Part shown: positions 10,120 through 19,736 of the stretch, piece by piece
Numbering within the stretch: the stretch's first letter is position 1
Layout: each line of letters starts with the position of its first letter
NCBI RefSeq assembly: GCF_964228735.1
Contig: NZ_CAXRBQ010000158.1
Coordinates: forward strand, 4,343-68,342
From: Pontibacterium sp.
Lineage (GTDB): Bacteria > Pseudomonadota > Gammaproteobacteria > Pseudomonadales > Balneatricaceae
Reading direction: 5' to 3'
DNA length: 64,000 nt
Position numbers and translations under genes: made by a program
Notes under the pieces: model-generated
What the model was told of the DNA's origin: nothing
Databases searched by the model: none
Seen by the model: only the letters and a program-made list of their open reading frames with translations

Positions 10120-10785
10120 TCAGAGATTCGCTACGAACACATATCCCTGACCACGCTTGGTCTGGATACGTTCTTTGCCAATCTTCTTGCGCAGCATCTT
10201 GATGTACGCCTCGATCACGTTGCTGTCATTTTCAGCGCCGTCATCGTAGAGGTGTTCAACCAACTGCAGTTTTGAAAGTACACGGGAGGGGTTGTGCATA
10301 AAGTAGCGCAGCAGGCGGTATTCGGTACCTGTGAGCGTCACTTCTTCAGCCCCGTTAAGGGTAACGGATTGGGTTTTCTCGTTCAGCACCAGCCCTTCAA
10401 CTTCCAGAGTGCTGCTGATCTGCTGGTTCGCACGGCGCAACAGTGCCGTCATACGCACCAGAAGTTCTTCGGTGTGGAAAGGTTTACCCAGGTAATCGTC
10501 GGCACCGGCTTCAAAACCATCCACACGTTCCTGCCAGGCAGATCGTGCGGTCAGAATCAAAACAGGAATATTGTTACGGCGCTTACGCCAGTTGCGCAGC
10601 ACTTCAAGTCCAGAGCGCAGGGGGAGACCCAGATCGAGCACAACAAGATCGTAGATATCTTCGTACCCCATCGCCTCTCCGTCGACGCCGTTGTCGGCAA
10701 GGTCAACGGCGTAACCTGAGCGTAAAAGCTCTTCCCGCAAATCAGGCCCCAGCTGGGGATCATCCTCTACCAGTAGTACCCTCAT
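10120..10785 (-). CDS. OmpR/PhoB-family response regulator, PhoP-like
   Basis: Receiver domain plus winged helix. LTARSAWQERVDGFEAGADDYLGKPFHTEEL parallels E. coli PhoP [31 protein letters not shown]. Confidence 0.85.
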   Translation of the reverse strand: MRVLLVEDDPQLGPDLREELLRSGYAVDLADNGVDGEAMGYEDIYDLVVLDLGLPLRSGLEVLRNWRKRRNNIPVLILTARSAWQERVDGFEAGADDYLGKPFHTEELLVRMTALLRRANQQISSTLEVEGLVLNEKTQSVTLNGAEEVTLTGTEYRLLRYFMHNPSRVLSKLQLVEHLYDDGAENDSNVIEAYIKMLRKKIGKERIQTKRGQGYVFVANL

Positions 10786-10791
10786 AGCGAG

Positions 10792-11154
10792 TTACTTCTC
10801 CTTGATCATGTCTCCTGTACGGGCATCAACCAACAGCATGCGTACCACGCCGTCCTTACCCGCAACCTCCATCTCGTAGATGTACATATCACCCTGCTTG
10901 ATCAGGGCTGTATCCAACATATGTCCATCGGTGAGCATTTTCACCCGGTCCATCAACTCCATCATGGTCAGGATTTCACCGGATTCCGCCAGTACGCGAC
11001 ACTCTTCAGCGTCAAGGCGCTCCATACTTGTTATTGGCATTGAGGAATCAATACCTGTACCGGGTGTGCTACTCACACCCTGGGCCGACAACGCAGAAAA
11101 ACCACCCAAAGTGATTAGGGCTGCCAGCATCATGCGTCTTATATGGCTCATCAT
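10792..11154 (-). CDS. PepSY domain-containing exported protein
   Basis: Signal peptide is followed by a PepSY-like C-terminus (MYIYEMEVAGKDGVVRMLLVDARTGDMI). The gene sits 6 nt upstream of the response regulator gene. Confidence 0.7.
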   Translation of the reverse strand: MMSHIRRMMLAALITLGGFSALSAQGVSSTPGTGIDSSMPITSMERLDAEECRVLAESGEILTMMELMDRVKMLTDGHMLDTALIKQGDMYIYEMEVAGKDGVVRMLLVDARTGDMIKEK

Positions 11155-11265
11155 TAAACCTCCCCAACAAGAACAGGTGGTTCCTTCTTAATACTGAAAC
11201 TACATATAGCAGCGGGCCCTTGCAACAGGACCCACCAGTATACTGTAGCAGTTTTCATGTGACGC

Positions 11266-11490
11266 TTAGTTGGAATTGATATCCACGCCCCATGGGTCTT
11301 CAACGTTACCGCCACCCGCACTTCTCAGCGTATCAAGTTTGATACCGGATTCTGTAGCGGACATGTGGCCTTCCTGGCTGTGTTCCCAAGCATCCAAGCC
11401 GTATAAAGCACCTGATGCAGCCATTGCCTGAGAGCTGAGCAAAGCAGCGCCCAAGAAGGTAGCAGAAGCAAGTTTCATAACGGTTTTCAT
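11266..11490 (-). CDS. small exported protein, paralogue A1 (74 aa)
   Basis: AGGAGA SD lies 6 nt before the ATG at 11490. Signal peptide is MKTVMKLASATFLGAALLSSQAMA. The mature part shares LYxLDxWxHSQEGHMSA with the upstream gene. Confidence 0.6.
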   Translation of the reverse strand: MKTVMKLASATFLGAALLSSQAMAASGALYGLDAWEHSQEGHMSATESGIKLDTLRSAGGGNVEDPWGVDINSN

Positions 11491-11516
11491 GATCACTCTC
11501 CTGACTTCAGTCTCTG

Positions 11517-11687
11517 TTACTGGCCTTTATCCATGTCATCCATGGTTTCAAATTCAGCAGACATGTGACCTTCCTGAGAGTGGCCCCAACCGTCCAGTGG
11601 ATACAAAGAACCAGCAGCAAATGCCTGAGAGGTCAGCATTACAACACTAACGAATGCAGCAGCGAACAGTTTAGCGATAGTTTTCAT
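11517..11687 (-). CDS. small exported protein, paralogue A2 (56 aa)
   Basis: GGAGAG SD precedes the ATG at 11687; the TTG-extended ORF to 11750 is unlikely. Signal peptide is MKTIAKLFAAAFVSVVMLTSQAFA, then GSLYPLDGWGHSQEGHMSA. Confidence 0.6.
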   Translation of the reverse strand: MKTIAKLFAAAFVSVVMLTSQAFAAGSLYPLDGWGHSQEGHMSAEFETMDDMDKGQ

Positions 11688-11724
11688 GACGGCTCTCCAA
11701 GATTGTTTAGAAGTCTCGAAGATA

Positions 11725-11758
11725 AAGTTAGAGGAGCAACCTGAAACCAAGCTGAAAG
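11725..11758 (-). promoter_or_regulatory. promoter P1 with direct-repeat response-regulator box
   Basis: Coding strand reads CTTTCAGcttgGTTTCAG, then 10 nt, then TAACTT. The same architecture occurs at 21917-21950 and 22322-22355. Confidence 0.55.
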
Positions 11759-11759
11759 G

Positions 11760-12269
11760 TCAGGTATTGCTTAGAACTATTTCACCTAGCGCTATACCGG
11801 AAGCAAAAAACGTGGCCTGCAGTGCAATCCAGGCGTAGATACCGGCCAGAATATCGTCCAACATAATGCCTAAGCCGCCTGAAACCTGTTTGTCCGCCCA
11901 GCGGATGGGCCAGGGTTTGAGGATATCGAACAGGCGGAACCAGAGAAAACCCACCAGGATCCAGATCAATCCTGTGGGGGCTGCAAACATGGTGATCCAG
12001 AAACCCACAAACTCGTCCCAAACAATGCCACCGTGGTCGTGAACGCCAATATCAGACGACGTCTTGTCACATAACCAGATCCCCACCAGGGTGGTTATCA
12101 GCAGCATCAGGGCATAGGCAGGCAGGGAGAGGGTCTGAAACCAGAAATAAGGGATGATGGCGGCCAGCGTACCAAAGGTACCCGGCGCGAAGGGGGCTGC
12201 ACCACTACCGAGGCCGAAAGCGAGGAAGTGGACAGGATTACGCCAGACCGACGGCGGTACTACATTCAT
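11760..12269 (-). CDS. pgpA: phosphatidylglycerophosphatase A
   Basis: PFAPGTFGTL and HDHGGIVWDEFVG motifs in a multi-TM protein, immediately downstream of thiL as in many gammaproteobacteria. Confidence 0.85.
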   Translation of the reverse strand: MNVVPPSVWRNPVHFLAFGLGSGAAPFAPGTFGTLAAIIPYFWFQTLSLPAYALMLLITTLVGIWLCDKTSSDIGVHDHGGIVWDEFVGFWITMFAAPTGLIWILVGFLWFRLFDILKPWPIRWADKQVSGGLGIMLDDILAGIYAWIALQATFFASGIALGEIVLSNT

Positions 12270-12271
12270 GA

Positions 12272-13225
12272 TTAATCCTTGGCAAAATGGTCATAACCGC
12301 CGCTACCGCTCGCCACCTGACCATCGATACGAATACCCGGTTCAGCACTGATCTGACCGATCACTGTCACCGGTTCGGGCAGTTTCTGGATAACGCCCCG
12401 TTCAACGGCTGGCAGCGTAAAGCACAACTCAAAATCTTCACCGCCGCTCAAAGCCCACTGGCGCGCCTGCTCTAGACCGGCATAGGCTTCCAGCTGTGCA
12501 GAAACAGGCAACGCACTCAGCTCAAGATCCGCGCCAAAGGCGGAGTTTTCCAGCAGGTGTCCCAGATCAGCCTGAACACCGTCTGAGATATCCACACAAC
12601 TGGTTGCCAAACCACGCAGGGCCATACCGGTTTGCAGACGTGGGGTTGGTGCATAGAAACGTTGCTGGAGGTAACGCACCTGATCACTCTCAGTATCGTG
12701 CTTGAGCAGCGTTTCCAGACCACCACGGCTGTCACCCAGTGTGCCGGTGACACAGATCAGATCACCAACCTGGGCACCACGGCGTTTCAAGGCCTTATCC
12801 ACAGGCACAAAGCCATGCACCTGGGCAGACAGGCTCAGCGGCCCGCGGGTTGTGTCACCACCCACCAGACGGATATCCAGCTGCTTCGCAGTATTAATCA
12901 GGCTTACCGCGAACGGTTCCAGCCATTCTTCAGTGGCATCAGGTACTGTCAGTGCCAGGGTAAACCAGGCAGGACGGGCGCCCATCGCAGCCAGGTCGCT
13001 GACAGACGCACCCAGCAGACGAGTGGCGAGATGCGCGGGCGGTGTGCCCGACAGAAAGTGGGTACCCTCGACCAGGGTATCGATCGATACGGCCATCGCC
13101 TCACCGGGTTCCGGTAACAGCAATGCACAGTCGTCGCCGATCCCCAGCGCAACAGAGGCATCGGTAGATGCCTCTGCAAAGTAACGCCGGATCAGCTCGA
13201 ACTCGCCGAGGGAGGAAGTGCTCAT
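12272..13225 (-). CDS. thiL: thiamine-monophosphate kinase
   Basis: GEFELIRRYF...GIGDDCALL N-terminus and the AIR-synthase-like fold motif GGDTTRGP. Confidence 0.9.
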   Translation of the reverse strand: MSTSSLGEFELIRRYFAEASTDASVALGIGDDCALLLPEPGEAMAVSIDTLVEGTHFLSGTPPAHLATRLLGASVSDLAAMGARPAWFTLALTVPDATEEWLEPFAVSLINTAKQLDIRLVGGDTTRGPLSLSAQVHGFVPVDKALKRRGAQVGDLICVTGTLGDSRGGLETLLKHDTESDQVRYLQQRFYAPTPRLQTGMALRGLATSCVDISDGVQADLGHLLENSAFGADLELSALPVSAQLEAYAGLEQARQWALSGGEDFELCFTLPAVERGVIQKLPEPVTVIGQISAEPGIRIDGQVASGSGGYDHFAKD

Positions 13226-13238
13226 CGCGAACCCTTAC

Positions 13239-13727
13239 TTATCGGGAAGACCGGGCTTTCACCTCAGCCATACGTACACGCTGTGCCAGCTTGTCCAGCA
13301 CGCCGTTTACGTAACGGTGACTTTCGGTTGCACCGAAGATCTTCGCCAGCTCAACACTCTCGTTGATCGCTACACGGTAAGGCACTTCCAGACGGTGGAT
13401 CAGCTCGTACGAACCGATGCGCAGTACCGCCAGCTCAACCGGATCCAGATCGTCCAGTTCACGGTCCAGGAACGGCTTGAACTGTTCGTCCAGCTCACTC
13501 TTACGGCTGGCAACACCGGTCAGCAGTTCTGAGAACAGGCGCTTGTCGGTGTTACGCATCTCCGCTTCGTTGTCCACACGGAACTGAGCGTCGATCTCGT
13601 TGACCGGTTGCCCGGCCATCTGCCACTGGTACAGCGCCTGCAGGGCAAAACTACGTGCCGCACGACGCTGTTCAGTCAGGGATACTTTTTTCTTTGGTTT
13701 AGGCGCAGTGTTGTCGCTCATCTGCAC
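13239..13727 (-). CDS. nusB: transcription antitermination factor NusB
   Basis: [12 protein letters not shown] and the LDKLA C-terminal motifs. Conserved ribH-nusB adjacency. Confidence 0.9.
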   Translation of the reverse strand: MQMSDNTAPKPKKKVSLTEQRRAARSFALQALYQWQMAGQPVNEIDAQFRVDNEAEMRNTDKRLFSELLTGVASRKSELDEQFKPFLDRELDDLDPVELAVLRIGSYELIHRLEVPYRVAINESVELAKIFGATESHRYVNGVLDKLAQRVRMAEVKARSSR

Positions 13728-14201
13728 TCAGACCTCAAGTTTACGCAGCAGGCTAACCATCTCCAGTGCGGAGAGGGCAGCTTCTTCGCCTTTGTTACCC
13801 ATCTTGGTACCGGAACGCTCAACCGCCTGTTCGATGCTGTTTACAGTCAGGATGCCATTCGCAACCGGCAGGCTGTATTCCAGAGATACCTGTGCCACAC
13901 CTTTGGACGCTTCACCGGACACGTACTCAAAGTGTGGCGTACCACCACGAATAACCGCACCCAGTGCGATGATCGCATCGGCATCGCCCTGCGCAGCAAC
14001 TTTTTTCACTGCCAGAGGGATCTCAAACGCACCCGGTACGCGGATTACGCGAATGTTGTCTTCATCTACACCGTGACGCTTCAGGGTGTCCATTGCGCCT
14101 TCCAGCAGGCTCTCAACTACGAATGCGTTGAAACGGCCAACTACGATCGCGTACTTGCCGTTGCCGCTGATAAAATCGCCTTCAAACGTTTTCACTGCCA
14201 T
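13728..14201 (-). CDS. ribH: 6,7-dimethyl-8-ribityllumazine synthase
   Basis: [28 protein letters not shown] and [14 protein letters not shown] signature. Confidence 0.95.
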   Translation of the reverse strand: MAVKTFEGDFISGNGKYAIVVGRFNAFVVESLLEGAMDTLKRHGVDEDNIRVIRVPGAFEIPLAVKKVAAQGDADAIIALGAVIRGGTPHFEYVSGEASKGVAQVSLEYSLPVANGILTVNSIEQAVERSGTKMGNKGEEAALSALEMVSLLRKLEV

Positions 14202-14215
14202 GATTCTTATCCAGC

Positions 14216-15331
14216 TTACTCTTCACAAGGGATGTATTCTTCAATCTCCAGATCAAAACCGGAGATCGCATTAAACTTCATCGGGGAGCTGAGCAGGCGC
14301 ATTTTGCGCACGCCCAGATCACGCAGGATCTGAGAACCCGTACCCACCGTCAGGTAGGCACCAGAGGAGCTCACATCCACTTTCGATTTCTTCTTACCGA
14401 CCAGCACGCCTTCCAGCGCTTCACCCAGATCGATTCGCGTACCGGTGTCCAGCAGCAGCACAACGCCGTTGCCCTCTTCGGCAACACGCTGCAGCGCTTT
14501 ACGCACCGTCCATTTGCGCTCATCACCCTGCGCAGCACCCACGACATCACGCATCACTTCGTTACGGATGTGTACACGGACCATGGTTGGATTCTCCGGT
14601 TCCACGTCTCCCAGCGTCAGTGCCAGGTGGGTACAATCCTGAATCTCATCACGGTAGGTGATGTAGTTGAAATCGCCAAACTCAGTTGGCAATACACCTT
14701 CACTCTCGCGCGTAACCGTGTGTTCGTTGGTGGTGCGGTAGTGAATCAGATCCGCGATAGTGCCGATCTTCAGATTGTGCTTTTCCGCAAACTTTTCCAG
14801 ATCTGGTCGACGCGCCATGGTGCCGTCTTCGTTCATGATCTCAACGATCACGGACGCTGGGGTCAGGCCTGCCAGACGGGACAGGTCGCAACCTGCTTCC
14901 GTGTGACCGGCACGGCTCAGAACACCACCTGGCTGTGCCATCAGCGGGAAGATGTGCCCCGGCTGAACAATATCTTCCGGCTGCACACTGTCTTTTACCG
15001 CCACACGCACGGTGTGCGCACGGTCAGCCGCGGAAATACCCGTAGTTACACCCGTTGCCGCTTCGATGGACAGGGTGAAGTTGGTGGAGAACTGTGCGCC
15101 GTTGCTCTGAACCATCAGAGGTAATTTCAGCTTTTCACAGTGCTCACGGGTCAGTGTCAGACAGATCAGACCACGCGCGTGGGTTGCCATGAAGTTGATA
15201 TCGTCCGGGCGCACCATTTCGGCCGCGATCACCAGATCACCTTCATTCTCACGATCTTCGTCGTCCATCAGGATAACCATTTTGCCCTGACGGATATCGT
15301 CGATAATTTCCTGAGTTGTATTCAGTTTCAT
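14216..15331 (-). CDS. ribB: 3,4-dihydroxy-2-butanone-4-phosphate synthase fused to a degenerate GTP cyclohydrolase II-like domain (RibBX type)
   Basis: The N-terminal DHBPS motifs [11 protein letters not shown] and HTEA are present. The C-terminal half is GCHII-like, but the position of the RibA Cys triad reads [19 protein letters not shown] (no Cys). Confidence 0.9.
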   Translation of the reverse strand: MKLNTTQEIIDDIRQGKMVILMDDEDRENEGDLVIAAEMVRPDDINFMATHARGLICLTLTREHCEKLKLPLMVQSNGAQFSTNFTLSIEAATGVTTGISAADRAHTVRVAVKDSVQPEDIVQPGHIFPLMAQPGGVLSRAGHTEAGCDLSRLAGLTPASVIVEIMNEDGTMARRPDLEKFAEKHNLKIGTIADLIHYRTTNEHTVTRESEGVLPTEFGDFNYITYRDEIQDCTHLALTLGDVEPENPTMVRVHIRNEVMRDVVGAAQGDERKWTVRKALQRVAEEGNGVVLLLDTGTRIDLGEALEGVLVGKKKSKVDVSSSGAYLTVGTGSQILRDLGVRKMRLLSSPMKFNAISGFDLEIEEYIPCEE

Positions 15332-15341
15332 TGCTCTAGTC

Positions 15342-16028
15342 TCATCCGCCTCTGCGGTTTGTAAATCCGAATTCTGCCAACTTATCCAGTGTCAGGCCGC
15401 CACTGCTTTCCTGGGACTCTTCCTCAGGTTCTGCGCTGCGGTAGCCCAGCATACGTTCCAGGTAGCGAGCAATAATGTCCACTTCCAGGTGCACCTGCCG
15501 ACCCGGTACGTAGTGATCGATAATGGTTTCCTGCACGGTGTGCGGGACAATGTTCAGCTCGAACAGGTCGCCGTTCACTGCGTTTACGGTCAGGCTGGTG
15601 CCGTCCACGGTGATTGAACCCTTACCTGCAATATAACGCCCCAACGCTGCTGGTGCTTTGATAGTAAAACGCACCGAACGGGCATCGTCGCGGCGATCGA
15701 CCACTTCACCCAGGCCGTCCACGTGGCCGGTCACAATGTGGCCACCCAGTCGGCTGGTTGGCATCAACGCCTTTTCCAGGTTCACCTTCTCGCCTACGGC
15801 CAGCGATGGAAAGCGGGTATGGGTCAGGGTTTCACGGGATACATCAGCCCAGAAACCGTCACTCGGCAGATCGATTGCGGTCAGGCAGACACCGTTCACG
15901 GCAATACTGTCACCCAGTTTCACATCCGCCAGCTCCAGATCACCGGTACGGATATAAAGCTGAAGGTCGCCCTGCTGCTCTTCCACAGCGGCGATCGTAC
16001 CTACAGCTTCAACAATTCCAGTAAACAT
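15342..16028 (-). CDS. ribE: riboflavin synthase (alpha chain)
   Basis: [11 protein letters not shown]-terminus and the duplicated lumazine-binding repeats (GDSIAVNGVCLT / GSITVDGTSLTV). Confidence 0.9.
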   Translation of the reverse strand: MFTGIVEAVGTIAAVEEQQGDLQLYIRTGDLELADVKLGDSIAVNGVCLTAIDLPSDGFWADVSRETLTHTRFPSLAVGEKVNLEKALMPTSRLGGHIVTGHVDGLGEVVDRRDDARSVRFTIKAPAALGRYIAGKGSITVDGTSLTVNAVNGDLFELNIVPHTVQETIIDHYVPGRQVHLEVDIIARYLERMLGYRSAEPEEESQESSGGLTLDKLAEFGFTNRRGG

Positions 16029-17173
16029 TAATTACTCTCGTTACTCTCAGCCAACACCGGGCGCAAGGTTAGTTTCAGATCATCGCCCAGCATCCGGCTG
16101 TCCAGCAGTTGCATGCGAATCTGCTGCGCCATCTGTGTATAAGGTAGTTCATACATCGGTCGGGCATCGGAACCCATCAGGGTCATCGCCTGATAGACCA
16201 CCAGCTCATCGACCACTCCGGCACTGATAAATGCGCCGGCCAACGTTGCACCGGTTTCCACCAACAACTCGTTACACTGTTCTGCACTTGCCAGATATCG
16301 CAGCAGCTTTGTAACGGATACACGCCCATTTTCAGCGTCGAAGCGAATCACTTCAGCACCTGCAGTTTCCAGCTGCGCCGTTCTCTCCGCATCATCACTC
16401 AGGGTGGCAATCAGCGTACGTCCTGGTTGCGTCAGGATTTTAGCCTGCAGCGGCATACGGAGTTGACTGTCCATCACCACACGCAGTGGCTGTTTCTCGG
16501 TCACCAGTGCCGCGTTGTCCAATTGCAGCTCTTGTTCGCGTACCGTCAGCGACGAATCGTCGTGCAGGATGGAATCCACACCGGTCACGATGACGGAGCT
16601 CTGCGCACGTAAGCGCTGTACATCACTGCGTGCAGCAGGTCCGGTGATCCACTGGGACTCACCGCTCTGCATGGCTGTACGACCGTCCAGGCTGCTGGCG
16701 GTTTTGACACGCACATAGGGCAAGCCCTGCTCCATGCGTTTGATAAAACCCGGATTCAGCAGCTTGGCTTCGGCTTCCAGCAAACCATGGGAGGCGTCGA
16801 TTCCGGCATCCTGCAAAATACGGATACCACGCCCGGCCACCCGTGGGTTCGGATCAACCATTGCTGATACAACCCGTGCAACGCCTGCGCCTTTTAACGC
16901 CTCTGCACACGGCGGTGTCTTGCCGAAGTGGCTGCACGGTTCCAGGGTGACGTACGCCGTCGCGCCACGGGCCTGATCTCCAGCCATGCGCAAGGCATTC
17001 ACTTCGGCGTGCCCTTCTCCGGCCCGCACGTGATAGCCCTCACCCACCAGCTCGTCATCACGTACGATGACACAACCTACACGCGGATTAGGTTGGGTGG
17101 TGTAACGCCCCTGATCAGCGAGCTGAATCGCCCGTGCCATCCAGCGGCGGTCAGCTACGGAAAATGTGCTCAC
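16028..17173 (-). CDS. ribD: bifunctional diaminohydroxyphosphoribosylaminopyrimidine deaminase / 5-amino-6-(5-phosphoribosylamino)uracil reductase
   Basis: CMP/dCMP deaminase Zn motif HAEVNAL...[11 protein letters not shown] plus a C-terminal reductase domain. The stop overlaps the ribE start. Confidence 0.9.
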   Translation of the reverse strand: MSTFSVADRRWMARAIQLADQGRYTTQPNPRVGCVIVRDDELVGEGYHVRAGEGHAEVNALRMAGDQARGATAYVTLEPCSHFGKTPPCAEALKGAGVARVVSAMVDPNPRVAGRGIRILQDAGIDASHGLLEAEAKLLNPGFIKRMEQGLPYVRVKTASSLDGRTAMQSGESQWITGPAARSDVQRLRAQSSVIVTGVDSILHDDSSLTVREQELQLDNAALVTEKQPLRVVMDSQLRMPLQAKILTQPGRTLIATLSDDAERTAQLETAGAEVIRFDAENGRVSVTKLLRYLASAEQCNELLVETGATLAGAFISAGVVDELVVYQAMTLMGSDARPMYELPYTQMAQQIRMQLLDSRMLGDDLKLTLRPVLAESNESN

Positions 17174-17646
17174 CCTTTATCCCCTGCCACGTCCTGATCA
17201 GCAGACAGGCGATCGATCTCTTCTTTAAACTCGTTAATGTCCTGGAAGCTGCGATACACGGACGCAAAACGTACGTACGCCACCTCATCCAGCTTGCGCA
17301 GCTCAGACATCACCTCCTCACCCACCTGACGCGATGGCAGCTCACGCTCACCGGTTGCACGTAAACGGTGCTTGATCCGGTTGATGGACGCTTCAAACTC
17401 TTCCATGGAAACGGGACGTTTTTCCAGCGCGCGGTGAATACCGGCGCGAAGCTTGTCTTCATCAAATGGCTGGCGGGAGCCGTCGGCCTTGATCAGGCGC
17501 GGCATCAGCAGTTCGGCGGCTTCGTAGGTGGTAAATCGCTCGTGACAGTGGGTGCATTCGCGACGACGGCGGACCTGCTGGCCTTCAGCAACCAGACGGG
17601 AATCCACAACCTTGGTTTCGTTCGCAGCACAAAATGGACAATGCAT
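17170..17646 (-). CDS. nrdR: transcriptional repressor NrdR
   Basis: MHCPFC...C..C zinc ribbon plus an ATP-cone. The gene overlaps the ribD start by 4 nt. Confidence 0.95.
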   Translation of the reverse strand: MHCPFCAANETKVVDSRLVAEGQQVRRRRECTHCHERFTTYEAAELLMPRLIKADGSRQPFDEDKLRAGIHRALEKRPVSMEEFEASINRIKHRLRATGERELPSRQVGEEVMSELRKLDEVAYVRFASVYRSFQDINEFKEEIDRLSADQDVAGDKG

Positions 17647-17766
17647 GGCCGTTTCCTGTCAAAAAAGAGCGAAAGAGCAGACAACAAAAGCGATAAAACG
17701 GTTATCTACCCACAAATAAAAAGGGCGACCTATTGGCCGCCCCCGGATTGTACAGGCTTTCCGGTA

Positions 17767-19023
17767 TTACTTGTAGACCGGGTAACGTGCACACAGGTCT
17801 TTCACCTGCTCTTTAACCTTGGCGATAGTCTCTTCGTTGTTGATATCTTCCAGGACATCGCAGATCCAGTTCGTCAGCTGAACAGACTCTTCCTCTTTGA
17901 AACCACGACGAGTGATTGCAGGGGAGCCGATACGCAGGCCGGAAGTCACAAACGGAGAACGTGGGTCGTTTGGTACGGAGTTCTTGTTCACGGTGATGTT
18001 GGCACGGCCCAGGGCTGCGTCAGCATCTTTACCAGTGATATCCTTGTCGATCAGGTCAACCAGGAACAGGTGATCGTCGGTACCGCCGGATACAATGTTG
18101 ATACCACGCGCGATGAAGGTTTCAGCCATCGCCTGTGCGTTCTTAACAACCTGTGCCTGGTACGCTTTCCACTCATCTTCCAGTGCTTCTTTGAAGCACA
18201 CAGCTTTCGCCGCGATGATGTGCATCAGCGGGCCGCCCTGAGATTCAGGGAATACAGCGAAGTTCAGTTTCTTCTGCAGATCTTCGTCAGCGTTAGCAGA
18301 CACGATCAGACCACCACGTGGGCCGCCCAGTGTTTTGTGGGTAGTGGTGGTTACAACATCCGCGAATGGCAGTGGGCTTGGGTATACGCCTGCAGCAATC
18401 AGACCCGCGATGTGCGCCATGTCTACAAACAGGTATGCGCCTACTTTATCCGCGATGTCACGGAAACACTGCCAGTCAACCACACGGGAGTAAGCTGAGA
18501 AGCCCGCTACGATCATTTTAGGCTTGTGCTCTTCAGCCAGACGCTCAACTTCCGCGTAATCGATCTCACCGGTTTCCGGGTTCAGACCGTACTGTACCGC
18601 GTTGTAGATACGACCGGAGAAAGACACGCTTGCACCGTGGGTCAGGTGACCACCGTGTGCCAGGCTCATACCCAGAACAGTGTCGCCCGGCTGGCACAGC
18701 GCCATGTAAACAGCGGCGTTTGCCTGAGAACCGGAATGTGGCTGTACGTTTGCGTAGGTCGCACCGAACAGTTCACATGCACGGTCGATAGCCAGCTGTT
18801 CAACTACGTCAACGTACTCACAACCACCGTAGTAACGCTTGTTCGGGTAACCTTCAGCGTATTTGTTAGTCAGTACGGAACCCTGCGCTTCCATTACGCG
18901 TGGGCTGGTGTAGTTTTCGGAAGCGATAAGCTCGATGTGCTCTTCCTGACGTGTAGCCTCTGACTGCATTGCAGCGTACAGGTCAGCATCAAAATCAGCG
19001 ATCGACATATCTTTGCTAAACAT
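17767..19023 (-). CDS. glyA: serine hydroxymethyltransferase
   Basis: [30 protein letters not shown] and the PLP site [14 protein letters not shown]. Confidence 0.95.
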   Translation of the reverse strand: MFSKDMSIADFDADLYAAMQSEATRQEEHIELIASENYTSPRVMEAQGSVLTNKYAEGYPNKRYYGGCEYVDVVEQLAIDRACELFGATYANVQPHSGSQANAAVYMALCQPGDTVLGMSLAHGGHLTHGASVSFSGRIYNAVQYGLNPETGEIDYAEVERLAEEHKPKMIVAGFSAYSRVVDWQCFRDIADKVGAYLFVDMAHIAGLIAAGVYPSPLPFADVVTTTTHKTLGGPRGGLIVSANADEDLQKKLNFAVFPESQGGPLMHIIAAKAVCFKEALEDEWKAYQAQVVKNAQAMAETFIARGINIVSGGTDDHLFLVDLIDKDITGKDADAALGRANITVNKNSVPNDPRSPFVTSGLRIGSPAITRRGFKEEESVQLTNWICDVLEDINNEETIAKVKEQVKDLCARYPVYK

Positions 19024-19203
19024 GGTGTGGCGGTCCCCTAAGGTAGGTATAGAAGTGTCCAGGTTGGGGCGACTGTGCAGTTGTCGGCTACCGGCTTGAC
19101 CGGGTCAACCTGATACAGCTTTTTAGAAAACGCGCATTATACCTGAATGCGACATTTGCATCACTTGAAACGACCTCAAAAATTCTTCAGTGGGATTCAT
19201 ATA

Positions 19204-19236
19204 CAAAAAGCCCCACAACGGGTGCAGGGCTTTAAG
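19204..19236 (-). terminator. rho-independent terminator downstream of the hsp20 gene
   Basis: Minus strand reads AAAGCCCtgcacccgttgtgGGGCTTTttgt. Confidence 0.7.
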
Positions 19237-19255
19237 CAACAGAAACGATTTAGGG

Positions 19256-19669
19256 TTATTCAATACGGATATGGGTGCTTTCAGGTGGCTGCTGTTCCAG
19301 CTTTGGCAGGTCCAGTGACAACACGCCGTTCTCAAAGCTTGCCTTGATTGAAGCTGGATCAATGTCACGTCCCACAGACATGGAGCGACTGTAGCGCCCT
19401 ACATGACGTTCACGCCGAATCACCTTGCCTTCCTTCTCTTCCGACTCCTCCTTGTGGGTTTCCGCAGTCACGCTTAAGACACCATTATTCAGCGTTACCT
19501 TGATGTCGTCCTTTTCCACACCCGGCAGGTCCGCTTTGATGTGATACCCCTTGCTGTCTTCCTTCACATCAATGGCAGGCATCATCTCGCCGCTACCACG
19601 ACGCCCGCGGAAAAAATCACCGAAAAACGCATCATCAAACAGGCTGTTAAAAGGAGCCAGTTCTTTCAT
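19256..19669 (-). CDS. Hsp20/alpha-crystallin family small heat-shock protein
   Basis: Alpha-crystallin domain (PAIDVKEDSKGYHIKADLPGVEKDDIKVTLNNGVLSV ... ASFENGVLSLDLPK). Length is 137 aa. Confidence 0.85.
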   Translation of the reverse strand: MKELAPFNSLFDDAFFGDFFRGRRGSGEMMPAIDVKEDSKGYHIKADLPGVEKDDIKVTLNNGVLSVTAETHKEESEEKEGKVIRRERHVGRYSRSMSVGRDIDPASIKASFENGVLSLDLPKLEQQPPESTHIRIE

Positions 19670-19675
19670 CTGAGG

Positions 19676-19736
19676 TTCCTCCGAACTATCTGGTTATTAA
19701 TTGACCACTTCTGTTATGAGCATAGTTCGCAAGGAA
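19676..19736 (-). promoter_or_regulatory. candidate ROSE-like RNA thermometer in the hsp20 leader
   Basis: Leader 5'-UUCCUU(G)CGAACUAU...AUAGUUCGGAGGAA-3' forms a 14-bp stem with one bulged G. The stem sequesters the GGAGGAA SD, which lies 6 nt before the ATG. Confidence 0.4.

Noticed and set aside
11194-11200. A single CTGAAAC half-site lies 40 nt upstream of the PepSY-RR-HK genes, which could mean autoregulation.
   Set aside because: Only one heptamer is present. The position 11 nt upstream does not resemble the repeat, and the 10-nt spacing to a TAnnnT hexamer is absent. This is not enough to call an operator.
19147-19161. The palindrome ATGCGACATTTGCAT overlaps the putative glyA promoter, suggesting a PurR/MetR-type operator.
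   Set aside because: It matches the PurR box consensus only loosely and is one base short of the 16-bp dyad. It cannot be supported without a genome-wide motif model.
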